DNA of 64,000 nucleotides from Rhodobacterales bacterium 56_14_T64 (GTDB taxonomy: Bacteria > Pseudomonadota > Alphaproteobacteria > Rhodobacterales > Rhodobacteraceae), in contig MAAY01000082.1 in the NCBI GenBank assembly GCA_002162795.1, positions 15,480-79,479 of the forward strand. Reading direction: 5' to 3'. The notes below the pieces were generated by a model. That model was not told the origin of the DNA. It saw only the letters and a list, made by a program, of their open reading frames with translations, and did not search any database. Shown piece by piece: positions 57,650 to 64,000 of this stretch. The first letter of the stretch is position 1. Each line of letters begins with the position of its first letter. A program made the translations under genes and the position numbers.

Positions 57650-58156
57650 TCAATCGTCCAAGCTATCCAGATAAGCGATCAGATTGACCCGGTCGCTTTG
57701 TTTCTTCAGGCCAGAAAAACTCATGCCGGTGTTGGCAACCATGGCCTTGGGCTTGGTCAGGAATTCATCCAGACGCTCTTGGGTCCAGTCTCCACCCAAG
57801 GCGGACATATCGGACGAATAGCTACCATATCCGGATGCAGAGCCAACCGGGCGGCCGACCACACCGTAGAGGTAAGGACCAGCGCCATTGTCGCCGTCTA
57901 CCAACGTGTGGCATGCCTTGCATTTGTTAAAAACCTTGGCGCCTTTGCCAATGTCTGCCGCGGCCATCAACTCGGCAAAGTCAACTTCGGCCACTTCTTC
58001 TTGTTCACCTGCCTCTTCCAGTTCAATCACATAGGACGCTTCGCCATGAGCCTCCTTGTGATAAATTCCTTCTGCAGCCCATTTGCCCAGAAGGAGAACC
58101 AGGAACGCGCCGCACAATGCTGCGGCTGCTTTGGTAAGGGTCATCGTGTCAATCAT
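57650..58156 (-). CDS. membrane-anchored c-type cytochrome (CycM / cytochrome c_y-like)
   Basis: 168 aa. N-terminal TM anchor, acidic linker, and a class I cytochrome c domain with 'CKACH' and a distal Met ('NTGMSF'). Confidence 0.85.
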   Translation of the reverse strand: MIDTMTLTKAAAALCGAFLVLLLGKWAAEGIYHKEAHGEASYVIELEEAGEQEEVAEVDFAELMAAADIGKGAKVFNKCKACHTLVDGDNGAGPYLYGVVGRPVGSASGYGSYSSDMSALGGDWTQERLDEFLTKPKAMVANTGMSFSGLKKQSDRVNLIAYLDSLDD

Positions 58157-58275
58157 GATCGCGAGTCCATTTCATATATCTGAGAGGGTGTCTAAGGCTT
58201 CCCCTGACAACTGGCAAGGTATAGACATCGCGACGAAATGCCCTTTTACAGATCTTTTACACGGAAGCCGCCTAA

Positions 58276-59109
58276 ATGACCGGGAAAATTGCCATTCAAG
58301 GAGAGCTGGGCTCTTATAGCCACGAAGCCTGCCGCAATGCGCGGCCCGGTATGGACGTGCTGCCTTGTCGCACCTTTGAGGATGCAATCGAGGCCGTCAG
58401 TAGCGGTAATGCGCAGCAGGCGATGCTGCCGGTGGAGAATTCAACCTATGGCCGGGTTGCTGATATCCACCGCCTGTTGCCGCATAGCGGGCTGCATATC
58501 GTGGACGAGGCCTTTGTGCGGGTTCACATCAACCTGTTGACGGTCCCAGGTGCCACTCTGGCCGACATCCAACAGGCCCATTCGCATCTGGTCCTGCTGC
58601 CACAATGCGCCAGCTTTCTGCGAGAACACGGAATTCGCGGCCGGGTCAGCCCCGACAACGCCCGGGCCGCCCGCGAAGTTTCTGAGCGCGGCGACATCAC
58701 CCATGCAGCTCTGGCCAGCGAGTTGGCCGGCGAGATCTATGGGCTAAACGTGCTGGCCCGCCATATTGAAGATGATGGCAACAATACCACCCGATTTGTG
58801 ATCATGTCCCCCAAGCTCGACACCTCCCGCCGTGGCGCCCACGGCATGATCACCAGCTTTGTGTTTCAGGTCCGCAACATCCCGGCGGCGCTGTACAAGG
58901 CGATGGGCGGCTTTGCCACCAATGGCGTCAACATGACCAAGCTGGAAAGCTATATGGTTGATGGCTCGTTCACCGCGACGCAGTTCTATGCCGACATCGA
59001 CGGCCATCCGGACGACGCCAATGTCAAACTCGCGCTCGACGAGTTGGCATATTTCACCACCAATATCGAGATCCTCGGCGTCTTTCCTGCCGATAACGGC
59101 AGGTTTTGA
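58276..59109 (+). CDS. pheA: prephenate dehydratase
   Basis: 'IAIQGELGSYSHEA', 'LPVENSTYGRV' and 'TRFVIM', with a C-terminal ACT domain. Confidence 0.9.
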   Translation: MTGKIAIQGELGSYSHEACRNARPGMDVLPCRTFEDAIEAVSSGNAQQAMLPVENSTYGRVADIHRLLPHSGLHIVDEAFVRVHINLLTVPGATLADIQQAHSHLVLLPQCASFLREHGIRGRVSPDNARAAREVSERGDITHAALASELAGEIYGLNVLARHIEDDGNNTTRFVIMSPKLDTSRRGAHGMITSFVFQVRNIPAALYKAMGGFATNGVNMTKLESYMVDGSFTATQFYADIDGHPDDANVKLALDELAYFTTNIEILGVFPADNGRF

Positions 59110-59123
59110 CGGCTAGTGATTAT

Positions 59124-59192
59124 GTAGGGTGTGTGCTTGCACGCACCCTTGTTTGCAAATGGGATGAAGGTGCGTGCAAGCACACACCCTAC
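59124..59192. repeat. REP inverted doublet
   Basis: GTAGGGTGTGTGCTTGCACGCACC (59124-59147), then 21 nt, then GGTGCGTGCAAGCACACACCCTAC (59169-59192). Between convergent pheA and the SRPBCC gene. Confidence 0.88.
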
Positions 59193-59198
59193 GCCTAT

Positions 59199-59666
59199 TC
59201 AGACCATCCCACCCAGCCGTTCTTCGGTCAGTTTAGCAAATTCTGCCACACGCAGCTTGTAGCGCTTGGTTAGTTTGGTTTTGGCCAGCTTCAGCGATTG
59301 GACCAAGAGTCGCCCGGACAGCGTCCGAGGCTTTAGATCCAGCGTCACGACCATTCGGGTGCGGCGTGGCGACAGCGCCAGCAGCTCAACCTCAAGCCCC
59401 CCCTCAATGCCACCTCCGTCAGCGGTCAGGTGCAGACCAGTCACCGGCTCGTAACCTGACAGGACCAGATGCAAATCGCGTGTTTTGCCGCGGAAAGAGA
59501 ATTGCACATCCCAGGCCAAACCACTGTTGGGGGCAGCAACGTCTCCCATGCGCTGCACTTCGATACCACGACGAATGGCAGAACGCTCGAAGCTCTCGAA
59601 TTCGCTCAGCGCAGAGAAAACCTCGGCGATTGGGGCTTCGATGTCTTCTTTGCTCACAAACTTCAT
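59199..59666 (-). CDS. SRPBCC (START/Bet v1-like) family protein
   Basis: 155 aa with an alternating beta-strand pattern and a long C-terminal helix. The assignment is by general resemblance only. Confidence 0.6.
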   Translation of the reverse strand: MKFVSKEDIEAPIAEVFSALSEFESFERSAIRRGIEVQRMGDVAAPNSGLAWDVQFSFRGKTRDLHLVLSGYEPVTGLHLTADGGGIEGGLEVELLALSPRRTRMVVTLDLKPRTLSGRLLVQSLKLAKTKLTKRYKLRVAEFAKLTEERLGGMV

Positions 59667-59725
59667 GGTGTCCCCATCACGATCTTATCCATCTAAACAC
59701 ATTGCATGTGTCGCCATTACTCTCT

Positions 59726-60709
59726 TCAATCCAGCGTATCTGCAAGCCAGTTCTGCAGCAAGAAATGGGCAATTGCGCCTTTTCGAGCCGGCTTGATGCT
59801 GGGGTGTTCGCCGGCAAAAACCGTCATCATATCGGAACGACTGACCCAAAGAGCATCCTCGATCTCAGTATGATCGATGGTCAGGGCGCGGTTCAATGCC
59901 ACCCCGGCGCAGCCAAACATCAGCGACATCGGGAATGGCCAGGGCTGGCTCGACATATATGATACCGCGCCAACGCGTACGCCAGCCTCTTCGAACACCT
60001 CGCGGCGCACTGCTGCCTCTAGCGTCTCTCCCGGTTCGACAAATCCAGCCAACAGTGAATACATGCCCTCGGGCCAACCCGGAGACCGCCCCATCAGCAC
60101 CGCGTCACCATGAGTAATCAACATGATCACCACCGGATCGGTGCGCGGGAAATGCGAGGTATTACAGGCAGGGCAATTGCGCTGCCATCCAGCTTGCGCA
60201 ACCTGGCTGGGTTGGCCACAGCTCGCGCAGAACTTATGGCTCTTGTGCCATGACATCACAGCATTGGCCGTCGCTGCCAGCTCGGCTTCCAGCGGAGTCA
60301 GAAAGGCCATCATCCGGCGCAACTCGGTAAACACATCTCCGCTCGGCAAATCAGGGTGCTGTTGTTCACTGGCGTCGGCAAAACTGGCAAGCATAGTCTG
60401 GTCCAGTGCATCCGGCTGCCAATCGCTAATATCGCAGGCAAACTGCGGAGATCCATCCGGTGCCAGCCCCAGAAATATTGACTGCTCCTTACGCGCATCG
60501 GCCAAGGGATGATCTGTCATGATCATTGCCAACTGATCCGGAGACGTTCCGCGACCGCTGCGCCGTGATAGCGGTTTGCCTTGCCAAACCAGCAACACCG
60601 CCGCCTTTGGATCAGCCCAGGCCGCAGCCAAAGCCTCTGCATCCCCACGCAAATGTGCGGCCCGGTCCAGCCCGCCACCGCCAAAGGTCACCTGTTCTGC
60701 TCGCCTCAC
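59726..60709 (-). CDS. nudC: NAD(+) diphosphatase (NADH pyrophosphatase)
   Basis: Zinc ribbon 'CASCGQ...CPAC', then Nudix box 'GFVEPGETLEAAVRREVFEEAGV', then the NudC 'SQPWPFP' motif. GTG 60709 is preceded by AAGGAG with a 6-nt spacer; the track ORF extends to 60778. Confidence 0.83.
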   Translation of the reverse strand: MRRAEQVTFGGGGLDRAAHLRGDAEALAAAWADPKAAVLLVWQGKPLSRRSGRGTSPDQLAMIMTDHPLADARKEQSIFLGLAPDGSPQFACDISDWQPDALDQTMLASFADASEQQHPDLPSGDVFTELRRMMAFLTPLEAELAATANAVMSWHKSHKFCASCGQPSQVAQAGWQRNCPACNTSHFPRTDPVVIMLITHGDAVLMGRSPGWPEGMYSLLAGFVEPGETLEAAVRREVFEEAGVRVGAVSYMSSQPWPFPMSLMFGCAGVALNRALTIDHTEIEDALWVSRSDMMTVFAGEHPSIKPARKGAIAHFLLQNWLADTLD

Positions 60710-60973
60710 ATTACGCTCCTTGCATCCTGGCCCAGCGCCGCCACATCTGTCGCGCAACTCTCTTGCCCAAATAATCACCTAACGTGTTTTTTACGCGCAT
60801 CTTTGGGTGTCGTACCTTGCACGCTTGCCTATGGACTGCCACACATAGATCTCAAAGTCCAAGCTAGAGCCCGAAAACAGCAAACTGCCGGGAGCGACGC
60901 ATCGACAGTTTGTTTAAACATGTTCGTAAATGTGGCTGGGCAACTCCCCAGATCGCTGGTTTCAAGACACTCA

Positions 60974-62887
60974 ATGACGCCCTTAAAATGGGGCCACAGA
61001 AACAGGACAGGCGTTAAGCGCATCGAACACAGCCCAGTGACAGACACGGCCTTATCTAAACCACAGCGGCAAGTCAGCCTGCGTGTGCTGGCCACCACTG
61101 ATCTCCATATGAACCTGCTGGGGCATGACTATTTTGGCGACCGCCTGAACCCCGTCATCGGCCTATCGCGCACTGCCACCTTGATTGCCCGCGCCCGCAA
61201 AGAGGCCGACGACATGGGGGCCGCTACACTGCTGTTGGATAATGGTGATGGGCTGCAGGGCACACCACTGGGAGAGCTGCCCAACAACACAAAACCGCAC
61301 CCGCTTATGCAGGCGTTTCAGGTGCTGGACTATGATGCCATTGGCCTGGGAAATCATGACTTTAACTACGGACTTGAAGCGCTGCAGCGTACCCTGAGTG
61401 ATGCGCCCTGCCCGGTGATCTGCTCGAACATGACAGCGCTAGCTGCAGACACCAAGCTGCCGTTTGTCACCTCTGCAGTGCTGGAGCGTCAGCTTCCATC
61501 CTGCCCCGAGGCCCCGCCGATTAAGATTGGCCTGCTGTCCGTGTTGCCAATGCAAACCCTGCAATGGGATGCCCATCTGCTGGCGGGCCGGGTCCAGATC
61601 GAAAACACTGTGCAGGCAGCCCGCGCCGCCAGCGCCACTTTGCGCGCTGCCGGTTGTGATCTGATCATTGCGCTGGCTCACACCGGCCTTGGCCAGGATA
61701 CAGAGGCAACCGACTCCGAGAACACGCTGCAGCACTTAGCCCTGATTGACGATATCGATGCTCTGGTCGGCGGTCACACCCACCTGCAGCTGCCCGGCCC
61801 TGCTGTTCCGTTTGCCAAGCCGGTGGTGATGCCCGGGTCCTTGGGCTCGCATCTGGGAGTGATTGACCTGCGCTTGGAGCACGATCTCGACGGTTGGCAC
61901 CTTACAGATTGGGATTGCGAGTTGCGCGCCATCGCCAAACGCAACAACAGCGGTCAACTGGTACCACAGGTTGCCGAGACCCCCGAATTTGTCACCGCCC
62001 TGGCCAAGGCACACAGTGCCACCCGCACATGGATGAGCAAGCCGGTCGGCCACAGCCCGCAGTCACTACATTCCTTTTTCACCTTCTTCGCCCCTGACCG
62101 CGCTTTGGCATTGGTGGCCAGCGCCCAGGCAGCTGCGTTACGTCCCTTATTGGCGGACTGCGCCGAAGGCGGGCTGCCATTGCTATCCGCGGTCTCGCCT
62201 TACAAATTTGGTGGCCGTGCGGGTCCCAGTCACTATACCGATGTGCCGGCCGGCCCCTTGTGCCGCCGTCATGTGGCGGATCTGCATGTCTTTCCCAACC
62301 AATTGAACGCCGTCTCCCTCTCAGGCGCGCAGGTGCTGGAGTGGTTAGAAATGTCGGCCGGCGTTTTCAATCACGTTGCCCCGGGGTCTTACGACACTGC
62401 GCTGGTCAATCCCGACCGCGCCGGACATAATTTCGATAGTCTGCACGGCCTCACTTACCAGATCGACCTGTCTGTTCTCGCTCGCTTTCATGGCTCAGGT
62501 CATTTGGCAGATGCTAACGCCCATCGCATCCGCACCCCTTGCTGGAATGGCCTGCCACTGGACCCAGAACAACAATTTGTCGTGGCAATCAACAGCCACC
62601 GCGCTGGAGGAGGTGGCAACTTCACTATGGTGCAACAGGCATCTCATCTTTCGCTGCCACGCCGCCCCATCCAGAATGTTCTTTACGACTACCTGAACGG
62701 CAGCCTGCCCGCTGATCCTTTGGCAACGGCCCCGCCACCCTGGCATTTCAGCAGCCTGCCAGACACCAAGGTCCTTGCCTTTACCGGCCCCACCGCCAGA
62801 CAGCATCTGCATGAGTTGGCTGATCTAAATCTTGCCCCTGGTGAGATGACCACCAATGGTTTCTTAAAGTTACATCTGCCGCTGTAG
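60974..62887 (+). CDS. bifunctional metallophosphatase / 5'-nucleotidase family protein (CpdB/UshA-like), no signal peptide seen
   Basis: 'LATTDLHMN', 'DNGDGLQGTP' and 'GLGNHDFNYG' calcineurin-like motifs plus a C-terminal nucleotidase domain. Start ATG 60974 (alternative 60920); the track ORF from 60581 overlaps nudC antisense. Confidence 0.8.
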   Translation: MTPLKWGHRNRTGVKRIEHSPVTDTALSKPQRQVSLRVLATTDLHMNLLGHDYFGDRLNPVIGLSRTATLIARARKEADDMGAATLLLDNGDGLQGTPLGELPNNTKPHPLMQAFQVLDYDAIGLGNHDFNYGLEALQRTLSDAPCPVICSNMTALAADTKLPFVTSAVLERQLPSCPEAPPIKIGLLSVLPMQTLQWDAHLLAGRVQIENTVQAARAASATLRAAGCDLIIALAHTGLGQDTEATDSENTLQHLALIDDIDALVGGHTHLQLPGPAVPFAKPVVMPGSLGSHLGVIDLRLEHDLDGWHLTDWDCELRAIAKRNNSGQLVPQVAETPEFVTALAKAHSATRTWMSKPVGHSPQSLHSFFTFFAPDRALALVASAQAAALRPLLADCAEGGLPLLSAVSPYKFGGRAGPSHYTDVPAGPLCRRHVADLHVFPNQLNAVSLSGAQVLEWLEMSAGVFNHVAPGSYDTALVNPDRAGHNFDSLHGLTYQIDLSVLARFHGSGHLADANAHRIRTPCWNGLPLDPEQQFVVAINSHRAGGGGNFTMVQQASHLSLPRRPIQNVLYDYLNGSLPADPLATAPPPWHFSSLPDTKVLAFTGPTARQHLHELADLNLAPGEMTTNGFLKLHLPL

Positions 62888-62939
62888 ATCCAAAGCAACG
62901 CACGGCTTGTCTTTCACGGCCCAGCCGCCTATATCGGGA

Positions 62940-63040
62940 TTCGAGAGGTTGGCGCGGGCGAGCGCCTCGCCAACCTGGTCAGATCCGGAAGGAAGCAGCC
63001 ACAACGAGCCCCGCTTGGGTCGATGTCCAGCCTCTCACCT
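62940..63040 (+). ncRNA. ffs: signal recognition particle RNA (4.5S, small bacterial type)
   Basis: CCUGGUCAGAUCCGGAAGGAAGCAGCC (the domain IV/helix 8 core with a GGAA tetraloop) is nearly identical to the universal bacterial motif. The 5' GAGAGGUUGG (62943-) pairs with the 3' CCAGCCUCUC (-63036). Ends are approximate. Confidence 0.88.
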
Positions 63041-63246
63041 TATTGCCCGCTTGCCGGGCAAGCGCATTTACCGGAGCCCAGCTCCCACAGCCTGATTGGA
63101 GGGCCTGATGATTGTAGCAGTACCGACCCCTCAGGCAGCGCACTCCTGATCCGGCCACTCGCCGTCTCCCTGCCTGAACACTCCTCCTGTTGTGATGCGC
63201 ATATGCCATCACATGGGTCTTTCTACGTTCAATTACAGGCAGAGCC

Positions 63247-64000
63247 ATGACGCTTACCTATTCAGACCTTGGATGGTCTCCCTTTTTTCAATCTCAACAA
63301 GACGCAGACACCGAGCTGACACCCTACCGCATTTCAGCCGTGCACCGTGACAAGCTGACCGGCTTGTCTCCCGACGGCGAAATCCAACTGCTGCCCGACC
63401 GGCTAACCGGCGAGTTTGCAGTCGGCGACTGGGTTCTGGCCAATGCTGCAAGTCAGGTCTGCGAACGGCTAGAGCGCCAGACCGAGCTGAGCCGCCGCGC
63501 CGCTGGAACCGATGCCCGCGTTCAGCTGATCGCTGCAAATGTCGACGTGCTGTTCATCACCACGTCCTGCAACGAGGATTTCAACCTTGCGCGGCTGGAA
63601 CGCTATCTGACGCTGGCACATCAATCCGGCAGCTATCCTGTAGTGGTGCTGACCAAGGCTGACATCTGCGAAGATGCCGCCGAGTATCGCATCAAAGCCG
63701 AGTCTCTGGCCGCGTCGCTAACGGTGCTGACTTTGGACGCCAAGGACCCAGACGATGTCACGCAGCTGCTGGCCTGGGTCAAGCCCGGTCAAACGGCTGC
63801 TCTGGTCGGATCATCGGGGGTTGGCAAGACCACCCTGACCAACGGGCTGACCGGCAGCAAGGATGCGGTGCGCGATGTCCGCGAGGTCGATTCCAAAGGT
63901 CGCCATACCACCACCGCCCGCTATCTGCGGCGCATGGTTCATGGCGGCTGGCTGATCGATACCCCCGGCATGCGTGCCTTGCGGATCAAAGACGCCGAGG
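63247..64000 (+). CDS. rsgA: ribosome small-subunit-dependent GTPase A, C-terminus beyond window
   Basis: Not in the track (runs off the edge). ATG 63247, MTLTYSDLGWSPFF... Circularly permuted GTPase motifs 'VLTKADI', 'GSSGVGKTTL' and 'DSKGRHTTT'. Confidence 0.88.
   Translation, partial: MTLTYSDLGWSPFFQSQQDADTELTPYRISAVHRDKLTGLSPDGEIQLLPDRLTGEFAVGDWVLANAASQVCERLERQTELSRRAAGTDARVQLIAANVDVLFITTSCNEDFNLARLERYLTLAHQSGSYPVVVLTKADICEDAAEYRIKAESLAASLTVLTLDAKDPDDVTQLLAWVKPGQTAALVGSSGVGKTTLTNGLTGSKDAVRDVREVDSKGRHTTTARYLRRMVHGGWLIDTPGMRALRIKDAE

Noticed and set aside
60802-60830. Possible degenerate REP (TTTGGGTGTCGTACCTTGCACGCTTGCC)
   Set aside because: It shares GGGTGT...CTTGCACGC with the REP unit, but the stem no longer pairs and an indel is needed. 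It is too diverged to call.
60581-60973. N-terminal 131 codons of the 768-aa track ORF
   Set aside because: This part overlaps nudC on the opposite strand and the shared promoter region. The conserved metallophosphatase sequence only starts after ATG 60974 (or 60920).
62907-63250. Short ORFs 62907..63095, 62979..63248(-) and 63023..63250
   Set aside because: They overlap the SRP RNA gene and its downstream hairpin, and they have no coding signal.

Overview
This is a high-GC alphaproteobacterial chromosomal segment. Gene content and order (ccoNOQP plus ccoGHIS, fnrL-hemN, pobA-pobR, yejABEF, uvrC-pgsA-moaDE, a membrane-anchored cytochrome c) look typical of Rhodobacteraceae (roseobacter group); that is inference, since no search was run. 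I can support about 65 tightly packed protein genes, mostly housekeeping: cbb3 oxidase structural and assembly genes, four haem-biosynthesis genes (hemE, hemC, hemF, hemN), DNA repair, lipid, molybdopterin, ubiquinone, 4-hydroxybenzoate catabolism and peptide ABC import. I saw no rRNA, tRNA, CRISPR array, intact IS or prophage. Non-coding content includes an SRP (4.5S) RNA gene at about 62940-63040 that the ORF track cannot show, two small genes below the track threshold (ccoS and a 55-aa basic protein), three FNR/FixK-type boxes and two clear intrinsic terminators. The stand-out observations are: (1) A REP family (GTAG plus the 9-bp palindrome GGTGCGTGC/GCACGCACC) has nine copies, mostly inverted doublets at gene ends, and its putative RAYT tyrosine transposase is bracketed by inverted REPs at 34.1-34.7 kb. 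(2) A second, unrelated repeat is built on the 12-mer CTCCCGCCCGTC. It includes a ~70-nt four-part module duplicated directly after two unrelated stop codons with compensatory hairpin changes, and a 12-nt inverted repeat closing ~290 nt of a 459-nt gene-free gap. (3) A compositionally atypical patch at 23.4-26.4 kb holds a small immunity-like ORF, a GH25 muramidase lipoprotein, and a translationally coupled pair: a signal-less Lys-rich LysM protein with a Gly/Val-rich C-terminal helix, and a 2-TM protein. This is my best candidate for an undescribed envelope-directed (toxin/immunity or lysis-type) module. (4) An AT-rich ~280-bp gap upstream of uvrC carries a perfect DnaA box and tandem TACAATTTT repeats. 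(5) A regulator-rich ~3.4-kb block splits ccoNOQP from ccoGHIS.
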